Part shown: positions 26,401 to 40,131 of the stretch, in pieces | Layout: every line of letters starts with the position of its first letter | Numbering within the stretch: position 1 is the stretch's first letter | Assembly (NCBI GenBank): GCA_951406725.2 | Contig: OX597817.1 | Coordinates: 92,194,001 to 92,258,000 of the forward strand | DNA: 64,000 bases | Direction: 5' to 3' | Source: Octopus vulgaris | Lineage: Eukaryota | Program-made: the position numbers and the translations under genes | The notes under the pieces: generated by a model | The model's input: only the letters and a program-made list of their open reading frames with translations | The model's database searches: none | Told to the model about the DNA's origin: nothing

Positions 26401-27397
26401 TGGATGTAGTTGTTTCAAAAGCATAGTAGCCTGAGTAAGATAGGGATGGAAAATGTTTATAGATGTTTTGCATCCACTGGCAACAGAATGAAGAATATGT
26501 AGAAAGTGGTGGGTGTGCAAAAACTTGAAAAAAATGAACTGAGAGACAAATTGGGTGTAGGAGAAATAACAGTGGTATGCAAGAAAGGGGACTGAACTGG
26601 TTTAGAGATCTGATATGTATGAATGATGACTGTTGGGTAAAGAAATGCCAAGCAATTAAAGTGAAAGAGACCTGGAAAAAAGTAGTGAAAGCTGATCTCA
26701 GGGTGCTGAAATTTTTCCCTAGAGAAGGCTCATCCTATACACACAGGTATGGAAATGTGGATGTGAAAATGAGCATGATGACAACGACAGAAGAAAACAA
26801 TAACTGTTAAAGAAAATGTTCTTGGTGGTATATTAATCTATTAATTTGATCTGGATAACATCACTACTTCACTAGTTCAAACTTGTCCCCATTAATTTAT
26901 TTTGTTGTGTATTAATTTGATCTGGATAATACACATCTCTTACTTTCAATCACCTCTTGTCTTCTCTCTCACAAAATTTTTAATGGTTATCTTTTCTGGA
27001 TAATTCATTATTTTACACTCCTCTGTGGTTTAATTTCCATTGACATAGTACACAAACACAGACACACAATTGTTTGTATGTATATAATTGAAATGTACAT
27101 GCATATATATAATTGTAACTTTTCTTTATTTTGTTTTTCAGAAACTAATACCATGGCATGAATACTTTTTCATTGGAAGCATTTTTAACCCTGGAGATCA
27201 ATATGGGGGGTTCTATTCTGTTGGTTCCTTCTTGACAATAAACATACTCTACTTTTTTATTAATTCATTTTTTTTTTCTCTTATGTATATTTTATAAGAC
27301 AAACATTTTGGTCTTGATGGAACACATAGTGAGACCACCCGATATGGAAACCACAACACATGGATGTTCCTCTTAACCTCACATTGTTTCTTAAACA

Positions 27398-27680
27398 ATG
27401 GCCAAGGCTGTTCCCTTTCATACAAGTTCAGAGTTTAATTTTGTTGATGACTTATCTCTGCCAACAAGCCGAAGTTGTGGAATTCCAAGCGTTGGCAAAC
27501 TGACTCTTCATGAAAGATCCAACAGTGATTCTAACCTTGCTCTTTGGAGTCCTGAGACTCGATCAAGTCTTACATTGGATAAAGAGGAATTTACCTTGGG
27601 TTCTGACAGTCAAGTTATAGTGGAATGGGACATCAAGGAGGATGTCACAGCAAATGATTGGATTGCATTATTTCCTGCAG
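27398..27680 (+). CDS. HECW: First coding exon of a HECW1/HECW2 (NEDL)-like HECT E3 ubiquitin ligase (HECW N-terminal domain); the gene continues beyond this exon
   Basis: The translation ...ERSNSDSNLALWSPETRSSLTLDKEEFTLGSDSQVIVEWDIKEDVTANDWIALFPA matches the HECW1/2 N-terminal pattern as I recall it (RSNSDTDL..SRSTL..LVIHWDIKEEVDAGDWIG). The ATG is in ACAATGG context with an in-frame TAA at 27392-27394. The exon ends at a GCAG|GTAAAT donor (phase 1). Candidate acceptors: ttttcag at 27141 and tttataag at 27298. Confidence 0.85.
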
Positions 27681-29924
27681 GTAAATAACTTCTCACTCTA
27701 TTACAAATTTGTTTTTCTCACTTTCACTTATTGTATTGCTCCATTCCTTTATTTTTCACTGAGCTCATTTAATATTTGTCTTTCAAAATATTATTTCTAA
27801 TTAGTATTTTTACTCTTGTATACAGCACATAACTCTGCCACTCTTACAATGTAAATTACTGGTAAATAATTGGCTACAAAACCTGGTGAGTCTGGTACTG
27901 TTGTATGCTGATGTCTACAGTAGCAACTTAAGTGAAGAGGGAATTCTGAGCCCTAGTTCAGAGGACATGCAATTAATTACTTCACCTGGAAAAGCAGTTA
28001 GAATAGTACTAAAAGAGACAGTAATGTGGAAATAATGAAATTAGCTTTTCAAAAATAATGCCTACACAAAAGTCAAGATAGGAAAATGGGGGTGAAATAA
28101 TCCCCCCCCCCCACCACCAAAAGGAATGTTATGAAAATGTTTCAGCAGAATAAATTATATATTTTTGTGCAACTGTTAATCCAAACATGTTTTTTTTTCT
28201 CTCTTCATCTCTTTCTATAGAAGAGCATAGACCCAAAATGCTAAAGACTTCCTCCATTTTTTGTGACAATCAAGCTTATGAACCTAGTTTGTTGTTACTT
28301 CACCTGTCTCTGTCTTCTGTTTTTTTGCATCATTTTGAACCACATATATATAAGCATTTGGTTGTATTTAACTCACATGAAGCAAAATAAATACTGACTA
28401 ACTGACCCATATTTTATTTGATTTAATATTTTATAGTTTAAGGTTTATTATGATTATGATCACAAGTTCAAACTTAGCACAGTTTTCATGTTGTTGCTCA
28501 ACACTCTTTGGTTCTCTTCAGTTGATTATTCAAAAGTAGGAGCAATATTTAAATTGTGATAAGCTTAGACCATGTAGTTTCTGGTTCCTTCCTACTGCAT
28601 ATCAGCTTTGGCAAGCATCATCTTCTATAGCCTCAGGTTGACCAATGCTTTGTTAGTGAAATTTGGTAGATGGAAAATGTATAGAAATTCATTATGTAAT
28701 GTGAGTATTTTTATGTGTCTTCACATTGTCATCGTGTGAATAAAAACAGTATTTACATCCCTTGTAAATAATATTCCTGTAGCTTGGCAGTTTTGCCACT
28801 TTCATATTGAGACCAGTAGGATAAAAAAAAAATACTTTCTTTGAAAAACAAATAAAGGAAGAGCATTAGAATTAGAATAGTCCCTGAAGAAACTTTCATC
28901 CAACTCATGCCAGCATGGAAAAAGTTGGATGTAAAAATGACTATCATGATAGTTATGATTATGACAACAATGGTTGAAGCAAATGTTTCTAAAACAGCAA
29001 AATATTTTTGAACTTTACGATTTTGTTTTTACCTTTACTGCATGTGAACTTGTGATTTTTTTTTAATTGTATATTCTTGATTTTCTTCCCAAACATTCAT
29101 GCCTCTGTAGTAAGCACTCTGAAGGAGGGTGAGCTCCTTCCTCCTTTAGTAAACCTGTGTCTCTCCACTTACTCTGGACATCATCAATTTGAGAGATTTG
29201 TAATGGTCATAATCATTGACCCTGTTTCTCTTACCATTTTGTCTAAACAAATTTTTAAAATATTTTCAATCTTTTTTATGTCTACCTCTCAGACAGAAGT
29301 GAACCTTGTTGATTTGTTAGTTAATCTCTTGTAAATGGTTATTTGCTCTCAATGAACTTAGAATATTTTTCTATTAGGCAAAGGGAGGGATGTAATCAGT
29401 CATGATGTGATGTTTCTGACTAAAGTACAAAGTCAATGAGAGGGAGTAGGGTTGGGGAAGATTCATATTGTGTATGTTCAATCAATCAGTTGATAGATTT
29501 CTGATTGTAAAACTAGGTCAACACCTGCATAGAACTGGCAGTAGGATGATCTTGTGAAATGCTCATGGCTTTCTTTTAGAAATCAGTAACTGAAGTGAAG
29601 TGAGCTGACTATATCATCAGACATTTTCTACTGATGTGCCTTATCCCTGAGCTTACTCCTATTTTATTTCAGCCTTTTCTCTCCTTTAATATCTTTGTTT
29701 TACTACTGCCATTGTGTTTCAACAGCTGTTTTTATCTTTTTTTTTCTCTTCTGCATCCTCTTCATAAGACATGTATGGTAGATGTTTTCTTATATATAAA
29801 ATCATTTGAGTTAGTGATATTAAATTACTGATAACTGCTAGAAGTTGCTAAAATACCTTGGGATTAGTTAAAGTAACAAGTTAAATTCATTTTGAACTTC
29901 AACTATCATTTATTTCATGTCATT

Positions 29925-30201
29925 GCCAGTGTTGCCTGACTGGTTCCGTGCTAGTGGAACTTAAAGAGCACCATTCGTGTATAGTTGTTGCCAATGCCAC
30001 CTGACTGGCCCCCGTGCCAGTAGCATGTAAAAGCACCCACTACACTCTCGGAGTGGTTGGCATTAAGAAGGGCATCCAGCTGTAAAAACTTTGCCAGATC
30101 AGATTGAAGCCTGGTGAAGCCTCCTGGCTTACCAACCCTCAGTTAAACCATCCAGTCCATGCCAGCATGGAAACTGGATGTTAAACGATGATGATGATGA
30201 T
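29925..30201 (+). mobile_element. RTE LINE 3' UTR fragment with (GAT)n tail
   Basis: Homologous to 16330-16640 and 58540-58770. Confidence 0.85.
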
Positions 30202-31451
30202 GTACAATTACTAACCTATCATTGTACAGTCTCATTAGACATATATAACTTAGTGCAATATTGTAGCCCATTCTGGATACATTATATATTGTTCCTCACC
30301 CTTGATGTTCTACTCTTGTATTCCACCTCTGATATGTAACAGTTCATGTAAGTACTTATACATGTATTATATATTTAAGTACACCTCCTTTATATATTAT
30401 ATCAATGTATCCACTAACTAGTCACTTTTATGAATTCATTTACTTAGCTCTTTAACTTTTAAACTATCTATATCAGGTCCAAATATTCTATTTGTGGTAG
30501 GTTTAAACTGGTAGTATCAGGTCCAGATATTTTACTTGTTGGTTGTATGTTCAAACCAGCTAGATCTAGCCTTTCACATCTGCTCTGCAATGTCATTCTA
30601 AAAATGAGCAATCACATCATTAAAATGTTGAAGCTATGAGTTAATAGATTTATCCTTTACCATTCAGATTACTCTGTTAAAGTTTATTTATTGACATTGT
30701 TCAGAATTAATTGTGCTTTATCTCATAGCCACAAGTCAGCAAATTTTAATGCACCAATAGTCAGTAAGAAGCGTTAGTGTGAATGAAGGCAGGGGTCAAA
30801 ACTCTAGTCTATTAACTTCTTTATGCTGTTTTACTGTATATTTATCAAGATTGATTCCATAAACAATTTTACAGATAGTTGGCAATTTTTATAATAATTC
30901 TGATAACGCAACTGCACAAAAGTTACATGTCCCAGTTGTGAGATTTGTTGGCTTAAATGAATGCTTCAATGTAATAGTCAATCTGATATTTCAAAAATTA
31001 TTGAAGCTAGTAACCACACTTTTTTTTTTATCACTGATTACTAAGCAAAAGAACTTTACATTTACGTAATTTTTTAAAAGTTGTTATTTAAGATTAGGTG
31101 TGCAACCTATCTTTATTCATTAAGGTTTCATAAGAAATTCATTCACACATGCAAGCATATATCAAAACTATTTCCTTTTAGTGTTGGTTGCTATTATTAT
31201 TAAGCAGTTCAAAATACGAATACTAGCGGCGTATGTTGATGAAAATTTGCTTTCTTCCCATTCATTACGTTAATATTAGGGCTATGTATTTCTTCTGGTT
31301 ATTATTAAACAGAAAGAAAGGAAGTATACACAAAAAAAATTATCCCTACTTGTTTTTGATTTGTTTGTATTATTTCTAAAATATTCAATTTGAAAATATT
31401 CAGTATGTGGAAAAAATTTGATATTTAATTTTTTAAACCTAAGAGTTGCAA

Positions 31452-32075
31452 CATGCTTAGCGGTATTTCATCTCTCCTTACATTCTGAGTTCAAATTCTG
31501 TTAGGGTTGACTTTGCCCTTCATCCTTTCAGGATCAGTAAATAAGTACCCATTGAGCACTGGAGTCAATGTAATCAACTTACCTCCTCTCCCAAAATTGC
31601 AGGCCTGTGCCGAAATTTGAAACCATTATTATTATTATTACATGGTGAGCTGGTAGAATCGTTTACACACTGGGCATTTTGTCTACGTTACGTTTTGAGT
31701 TCAAAATTCTGCTGAGGTTGACTTTGCCTTTCATCTTTTCAAGGTCAATAAATTAAGTACCAGTTCAGTACTGGGGGGTCAATGTGACCAACTGTCCCCC
31801 TCCTCACAAAATCCAGGCCTTATGCCTAGTAGAAAGGATTATTACTCTTATTATAAAAGCAGCAAGCTGGCAGAATCGTTAGCATGCTGGGCAAAATGCT
31901 TAGTAGCATTTCATCCATCTTTATATTCTGAGTTCAAATTCTACCAAAGTCAGTTTTACCCTTCATCCTTTCAGGGTTGGTGAAATAAATACCAATTATG
32001 CACTGAGGTTGATCTAATCGTCTAGCTCCCTACCCCAAAATTTCAGGCTTTGTGCCTACAGTAGAAAGGATTATT
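31452..32075 (+). mobile_element. Three tandem family A SINE copies
   Basis: Three successive ttctgagttcaaattct...ctttcatcctttc...agtacc blocks, each ending in a (TTA)n-like tail. Confidence 0.85.
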
Positions 32076-32420
32076 ACCTCCGCCAAGGAAGGAGGTTATG
32101 TTTTCATCGGCATTGGTTTGTCCGTCTATGTGCAAAATAACTCAAAAAGTTGTGAACAGTATTTGATGAAACTTACGGGAAAAGTTGGTACTGACACAAA
32201 GAACAGATGATGAAATTTTGGTAGTGATCTGTGAATTTTTATGTTATATTTACTTTACATGAAGTATTACAATGTTACGTTCTTTGATTATCTCCCTTTA
32301 AAACACATACATTGTTTCCACTATGGTGGCATTGCTGTTTCCAAAGTTTATTTTCATTTCTCTATTAGTAATTTTACTCGCGTATCTATCTTAAAATGAG
32401 CTGCTTGGCGGAGGTCTGCA
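32072..32420 (+). mobile_element. Helentron-associated (HINE/DINE-1-like) non-autonomous element
   Basis: Perfect 12-bp sub-terminal inverted repeat acctccgccaag (32076) / cttggcggaggt (32404), with a gtttgtccgtct microsatellite-like tract just inside the 5' end. Confidence 0.7.
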
Positions 32421-32597
32421 GAGGATGACATGACAAGCCTTGACTATAGGGATCAACTCAAAAATCTCAGGCTTTGTTCCCTCCACTGCCCCTGTGAAAC
32501 TAGCTTGCTATTGTCATTGATATATTATAGCTGCTTCAGATGATTCCTGATTTTAAAAGTTTTTTTTTTTTAAATCATATGGCTGAGTTTTTTTTTT

Positions 32598-32727
32598 TTT
32601 ACCCCACCAAGGAGGTTATGTTTTTGCCAGTGTTGGTTTGGGAAATTGGGCAATTTTCAGCATGCATATATATGGGTGGAAATGAGCTGTTCGGTGGAGG
32701 TCTGCGCTCTCCGAGTGCTTTTCTAGT
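32598..32727 (+). mobile_element. Second, internally deleted HINE-like copy
   Basis: accccaccaaggaggttatgtttt ... ggtggaggtctgcgctctccgagtgcttttctagt, inserted in a T run. Confidence 0.65.
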
Positions 32728-32775
32728 TATTATTATCATTATTATTATTATTATTGACGTTAAACGATGATGATG

Positions 32776-32832
<57 letters not shown>

Positions 32833-33888
32833 GTTGTCGTACAGTATATAATATTGTGAGGTTGCTGATTGAAGATATTGTATCTACCGGGGGTTTGTAC
32901 TGTTTGTCAAGTCACAATAAGGACCTCAGACAGACAGTACTTTACGCAATATGTGTGCAGTTCCAAGTAATGCTGACTTTTGCAATACATCTAAATTGTA
33001 GGATATCTCTAAGGTTTTCAGATGTTTTTTTCAGATCTTAGTGATCTCAATTCTCAGGTCTCTATATTTATCAACTTTTTCTCTTTCTCTCATGATGATA
33101 TGTTGATCCTGGCACTACTACGTCGATTATTAGGCACTATTGTATGTCCCTCTTAAAGGTTACTATATCCAGCCTTCAGTGCTCCAAAACTTTGTCTGGT
33201 AATCAAAGTCCCAGAGGATTTTGGCTTTCTCCTTTTCATCCATTACCTTTTTCCAGTGTATGTTGGTCCCAAGCACCCATAACTTCGTATCCATACTTAT
33301 GGCATAGTAGCCAGTGGAAGTCTTGGGCTTCTCCATGTCTATGCTTGTACACTTTTTGTGCAAGACTTTCACAAGCTCTAACAATGTGAGTCACATTTTC
33401 AACCCTCTTTCCCCACATTCTGCAGAGATCCAATGCACTTGTGTGGTATATATTCTTTTTCACTGAGTTGATATTCAATGCCTGGTCCTGGGCCATGATG
33501 ATTAGGCTTTCAGTATTCTTTTGTAGGTCACCCTTCTGGATCCACTTCCATGATGCTCCCTGGTCTTTTAATTTGTTGGTTTCACAGTGGAACTGACCAT
33601 GTAATTCCATACAGAGATTGGTTTTTTCTCTCTCATTGGCTGCTGTTGTTCGGAATTTATGAGCTCTCTCAAGTCCATTTTCGTTAACTCCTCCTGCACT
33701 AGCAGCATATTGTAGCAGGTTTTCTTTGCTGTTTACCAAATATTCTGCTATGTTTCTTTCACTGTTGATGCACTCCTTTATGCTAATCAGCCCACATCTA
33801 CCTTTACCTCTCTTCATGTAGGGCCTGTATACATTTGCCTTAGGAAGGAGGGTACCATGCATTGTCATTGTCTTTTGGGTAGTGCTTC
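32833..33888 (-). mobile_element. R4/Dong-like non-LTR retrotransposon 3' part (CCHC finger and restriction-like endonuclease)
   Basis: CRMWGKRVENVTHIVRAC..LAQKVYKHRH, LWDFDYQT, and IIDVVVPG..EKVDKYRDL (PD-(D/E)xK-type). The 3' end abuts a long (TAA)n at 32725-32832. Confidence 0.85.
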
Positions 33889-36515
33889 AGGATCCCGAGG
33901 CACTTGTATCCATCATCATCCATGTCTTCCATTCTTTCTCTGTTTGGCAATTCTAAGCCCCTGGCAGAATTGTTAGAGCCCCAGAAAAAAATAATTAGCA
34001 GCATTTCTTCTGGCACTTTATGTTAAGATTTCAAATTCTTCTGAAGTCAACTTTTCATTTCATCCTTTTGGAGTTGATAAAATAAAGTGCCAATGTAATT
34101 GACTTGCTTCCTCTCCTTAAAATTACTGGCCATATGCCAAAATTTGAAACAGTTAGTCTTATTGGTGGTAGGGGATTGTAGTAGTAGTAGAAGAGGAAGA
34201 GTAATAGTAGGAGAGAAAAATATTTTAGGTAATAGCTGCTCTCCTCTCAGTAAGACGGCTGTTAAGCTACCTGTGTTTCATTGCATATTGTTGCTGTCAT
34301 TTTCATCTTCATCTACAAGCAATGACTGCATACAAAAATTAACAAGCTTCCACTTAGTAACTATAAGTTGTTCAACCTCAGGTTGCCTTGATCCAACAGA
34401 AACTTAAAGACTTTCCAACTTTGATCATGTTGTATTTCATTGAGGCATAAAGTATCTAAGACTACCTTATTAAATGTTTCCTTTTTTAAATTATGGTACG
34501 ATTTGATTGCCATTTCTTGTAGGTCAAGTGATCATGTTGAGGATCTTTTATTGACTCATACAAATATTATATATTGACTAAGAAATCATTTCATTTTACT
34601 TGCTTAAGATATTGTTATTGAAGCAGAAATATTCATTATTAGTTTCAATTATTATCAGTGTGTGTGAAATTCTTTTATTATAAATTCTTGAGAAAATGAA
34701 GCTGTAATTCCCAGTGGAATAACATGACCTTGGAAAAGACCACAATATTTAAGTATTTTGATGCTTTTGTTACCTTGAGTGGGGCTTAAAATTTTTAAAG
34801 AAATCTTTATTGTTATAATACATTTGTTATTACTTGGTCAAATGTTTCCTTTTTTATTGTGATCACTTTTAGGGGTTTTTGCTTCTCTATGAAGGAATAA
34901 ACATTTCATGTTTACTCATAACACAATCTTATTATCAGTCATCACATGAATAATCTTTTCAAATGTTAAAGCAAATCATTTAAAAACAACTGATTCATGA
35001 ATATGTATTTTATATTTAGTTGAACAAGTCTAAAAAATATATGCAGTTGTAAGTGGTCACTGAGCAGTCTGCAACCCAATTTCAATTCCAAGTTGAATCC
35101 ACTTATTTACTGATATTGTAGAGAAATTCCTGACTTTCACAATGCCTCTGTTTTTCCCCAATAGATATAATCCTTTGTAACAGTGTATGATCATCAGCTA
35201 CAGCATAGTTGTTGTCGTTATTGTTTGCCTTACCCCCACCCACCATCTCATCCACCAAACCTGCAATCAAAAGTGTTCTAGTTATGACCATTTTGCCATT
35301 TAAGAGTTTGTAGAACTACAGCTATTGTCTCTGTCTTTTAGTCTTACCAGTTATTCATAAGACTAAAACTGCAAATAGGAGGCTTGTTTTATATACTTGT
35401 CACTATCTTTCAGAATTCTACAGTAATAGAGGTGTTCGAGTTCTAGAGGTGTGATGAAACTTTGTGGTATGCAATATTATTGAAAAGCAAAGTAAAAATG
35501 ATTATAGCAGTATATCATCATCATCATCATTTAATGACTGCCTTCCATGCTGGCATGGGTTGGATAGGTATCATGACTCTTCCTTGATGTAATCATTACA
35601 TTTTTGTTTTTGATAACACTGGGTTACAGCAATTTTGTCACAAGTGTTTTATATGTTCTTAGTATGCATAATCAAAATATGAAATCAGATTTTCCTTCTC
35701 AGGCTTTTTCTTGTGACCTCTTTCTCTCATTTAATGTAATTATTGAGTAAAAAATATATTAACATAATAATATGAATTTTTATGAAAATTAGTACAATTT
35801 ATTTCTTGGAGAGGACAGGTTAAATATGCGCAATCTTCTTCAGATATAAACTTACTATCAGCAGAGCAGCTCCAGTCTGTCTGCTTGTAAATGCCAGAGC
35901 TAATAGCAGGTGTGCATGTTACTCCCTGTTGATTTTATGTCACTGTTGTGTTCTTGCAAATACTTTGTTATGCTGAACAACTATTTGAATCATCCTAATT
36001 CTGATCTAACTTTAAAATCCCAGAAATGTAACTTTATATCATTAGTAAAATAAGATGCTATGAGCTTTATTTGGGATGGAGAAGGAGTGATTATGATGTT
36101 GTATGACATGTGTAAGACTATATTTGTTGTTTGACATGCATAAGACTACAAACAAGATGGCTATATAATTCTTATCACATGTAATTTGCTGATTATAATG
36201 ATTTGGAAGGAACTAAATCACACACAGAACATTATTTCTGTTTTATGAGTGCAAAAGAATTCATTTCGAAAACAACAAGCTTAATTAAATGCTCTATGTA
36301 CCTTCTGAAATGAGGCCAGTCCCAAGCAGTCTTCAACTTCCCATTCCAATTCCTCCTGAACACATTGCTATAAGTGATGAAGAATCAAAAATATTGTTGG
36401 AAAAAAGACATTTTTGATCCAACAATCAGGTTAAATGTTCTTCTAATGAACCACATTTATGTACTGTAACAAGATATGGATGACTTAATTCATGGTTGAA
36501 TCTATCTAAGGGGCA

Positions 36516-36866
36516 TGCATATTGTAGCAGGTCTTCTTTGCTATTTACCAAATATTCTGCCATGTTTCTTTCACTATTGATGCACTCCTTTATGCTAATC
36601 AGCACAAGTCCACCCTTACCTCTCTTCATGTAGGGCCTGTATACATTTGCCTTAGGGAGGAGGGCACCATGCATTGTCATTGTCTTTTGAGTAGTGCGAC
36701 TGAGTTAGTCAATCTCCACTTGTTTCCATCTCAGGATGGGTGCACTATAGCAGACTACAGCAACAGTCCATATGTTGATGGCAGTCACACGGTTCCTTGA
36801 GTTGAGGTTTGATTTCAAGAGAAGTTTGAGGCACTTGAAATATGCAGTGATGACCTTGTCTTTCTT
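36516..36866 (-). mobile_element. Second fragment of the same R4-like element
   Basis: LKSNLNSRNRVTAINIWTVAVVCYS..MTMHGALLPKANVYRPYMKRGKGG; near-identical to 33705-33888. Confidence 0.85.
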
Positions 36867-39041
36867 TTCTCTCCCTAAAATTACTGGTGTATGCCAAAAT
36901 TTGAAAGTTATTTTTATTGGTGGTGGGAGATAGTAGTAGCAGCAGCAGCAGTAATAGTAGGAGAGAAAAAATATTTTAGGTAATAACTGCTCCCCTCTCA
37001 ATAAGACGACTGTTAAACTACCTGTGTTTCATGTTGTTGTTGCTATCATTATTATCTTCATCTATTATCAGTATTAAAATCTACTGCAGTGTGGTTCCAG
37101 AGTTTGTGTTTTCCACAGCTTCTATGATGAATTCAAAGAATATATTTTCCATATAGACAGGCTTGTACTTTGTAAAGATCTTAATTCAGTCATAGGTCTC
37201 TTGGTCATGAACATAACAATGATATGTGGTGGTGGTTCATTGATTCCTGATAAGTCTTTTTGTTTGTATTTTAATAAATGTACAGCCATATGGGTCTTTA
37301 AAAATTTAATTTCATCATCATCATTTAACATCCATTTTCCATGCAGGCATAGGTTGGACAGTTTGACAGAACCTGGCCAGTAGCCACACCAGGTTCCACT
37401 GTCTACTTTGGCCTGGTTTTTACAGCCAAATGTCCTTAATGCCAACCATTTTACAAGAATGTACTGAGTGCTTTTTATATGGCACCAACACTGACATGCC
37501 CTCAAAGGAAATTGAGGGTAGAGAGAATAAGTGAGGTAAAATAGAGGTTTGGACTGGGTGAGTGGGCAGGTTTGATGTGACTAGCAAATGATGGAGAGAA
37601 ATATAGAAGCAGCTTGGGGTGCAGCAGTTATGGTAGATATGTAAGAGCATTGAAATGATAGCTTAAGTGAGGTGTTAATGATGGAAAACAGCCCAGGGGT
37701 GAGAGGGCACAGAAAAGAAGTGATTGGTGGAGACAATAGGTGGGACTAGAAAATGGTAGTGGTTTGGAGGAAGAAAGGTAATTGAGAAAGTTTAGGTGTG
37801 TATTTTGTACCTTTTCTGTTATTAAATGACAGAAGTTATGGATGTTAAGGGATGAAATATAGTGGGAAAACATTGACAGAGCGGAGCCCCTCCGTGGACA
37901 AGCATAACCAAGGTGGTTTTAAGATATCAATTCTGCTAAGATAGACAGGTCTTCTTGAGTACAGTAAGGTGCCAGATATCGCGATTCTTTGTCATCCTCA
38001 TAAATCTCAGCATCTTAAGATCAGCCTTCAATATTTTGTCCCATGTCTTCCTGGATCTCCCTTGCCATGCAAAAACCTGATCTGATGGAGAAATGTTACA
38101 TTATTTTGATTCATCACAAGGAATTCCTTCAAGAACAAGGTTTTTTTCACTCTTTGGACAAGAGAGAAAATGTCATTAAATACATTCAAATTTAGCTAAA
38201 TTTCATCCCAACAGAAAATCTAAAATAATCATTTAGTCTTTGAAGTGTTAAAATATTTGTTATCTAATTATTCTTTTGTACAGTTTTCCTGCAACAAAAA
38301 TCGATTTGCTGTTTATTCATGCTTTTTTGTACATTTTTCTTCTACAGACATTATGAAATGTCCCTATATAATGTTGCATCTTTTCGAAGGAATATGCCTA
38401 GTTATGATTAGTAGTAAATGTTATGTTGTATGGAATGCTCATTAAATCTCACAGTTATGTTTTAGGTTTTCATTAATTTTTTTTATTCCTTATTTACTTC
38501 AAAAAAGCGGATGAACTTGGGTGCTGAACACTTAGAGAAAGGGAATTGGCACTTCTGCTAAAACATACAATGTGAATGTGATATAGTTGAAATGAGATGT
38601 AATTCAGTGAATTAAAGATAAAATATTTAGAACAGTCACATAAAATTTTACTTACTAAAGTAATTGACTGTTACAGCTGAGACCATTATTATGTAAGAGT
38701 TTATCAGACTATTAAGTATTGGTGACAGTCTAAATTACTTAATAGAGGGCACCAATCATTAACCAGTGATAATATATTTTTCATTTTATTCAAGAATAAT
38801 TTCAAATGGCTTTTTAAAAGAGTGTACTTATTGCTCTAATAATTTCGATACATTTATTGTGAGGAACTTACATAAAATGTTTGTTACTTTAGCAATTAAA
38901 AGTTAAGAAAATTTTTTTAGTTTTTGTTTCCCATAGTCAACACATAAAATACAATCCAGCATCCTCTGATTTATATACTTTTGTTCACTTGAATCATATC
39001 GCCACCACCACCACCACTACCACTACTACTACTACTACTAC

Positions 39042-39044
<3 letters not shown>

Positions 39045-39073
<29 letters not shown>

Positions 39074-39155
39074 TCGTTTATTGGCCACAAGGGCTAACAA
39101 AAATTAATTAAAACATAAAGGGACAAAACACAGGACGAAAGTTACAAAGGGTTCA
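39045..39155 (-). mobile_element. Isolated 3' terminus of the Tx1-like LINE in (TAA)n
   Basis: (taa)n..ttattggccacaagggc..gggacaaaacacaggac matches the 54190-54300 terminus. Confidence 0.6.
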
Positions 39156-40131
39156 AGTTTGAGAGGAGGGGATAAATTAATACTATCAACCTCAGTACTT
39201 GACTAACATTTCTATTTTATCAACCCCAAAAAGATAAAAGGCAAAATTGAACTCAGAACAAACATCCTTGTTAACCTTGAACACTTCTGTACATGACCTC
39301 AAAGATGTACCTAATTCTTGTTTCAACACAGGGATGGTTGATGCTTTTCTCTAGCCATTTATATGATAAAGGTAATTATTATTTGTGTACAGTTACTACC
39401 TCGATTCTGCTTGTTACTCTATAAACTCAACTTTTTTTTCCTGCTTCACTTTGGTGCCACTCTGTCTCTTTTCTAAGAAATACCTACTCAAAGTTTTTAT
39501 TTTACCCTAACCTATTTCCTGCCATGTTCTTGTTTATCTTTTTTCTTCATTTTCCTCATATGCTCATTGTTTACATTTTCTGAGACCTTTATTGTATTTA
39601 AAACACTTTGACACTAAATTTGAGATCTGTAATAGTTTTCTGAATAGTTTATATGAAAGAAGCACCTTACTTATACATTCATCCACTGCATTTTATTTCT
39701 TTGCTCATCATTCAGTTATATCTTCTCCTTTGTTACTCTACCTTTACCTAACAAGCTCTGTATTTATCAACGTACTTTTATAACATCATCCCCAATTATG
39801 TAACTTTCATTCTTTCATGCTATATATAATTCACAACCAAGATATACCAATCCACTCTTTATTAAGCTTTTACCCTATATCAACTAAATCTTCATCAGTC
39901 ATGTGGTCATTCAAAAGTCTAGTCTCCAACAATGCAAACTAAATATTAAATATATTAATTTCATGTGAATCGGTATAAGAAGCAATATAGGACCTGTTAT
40001 GGACTGACTTCTGAAGTACGTTGAGAACATGATGTACATTGATTAGAATTTTTACTAATTTCTGCAAAGCTTTGTAATATATATATTCCCACCCATGCTA
40101 GCATGGAAGGCGAGCATTAAGTGATGATGAT

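Noticed and set aside
38348-38445. Strong-looking acceptor ttttcttctacag as a possible next HECW exon
   Set aside because: The phase-1 translation (DIMKCPYIMLHLF...) shows no HECW similarity.
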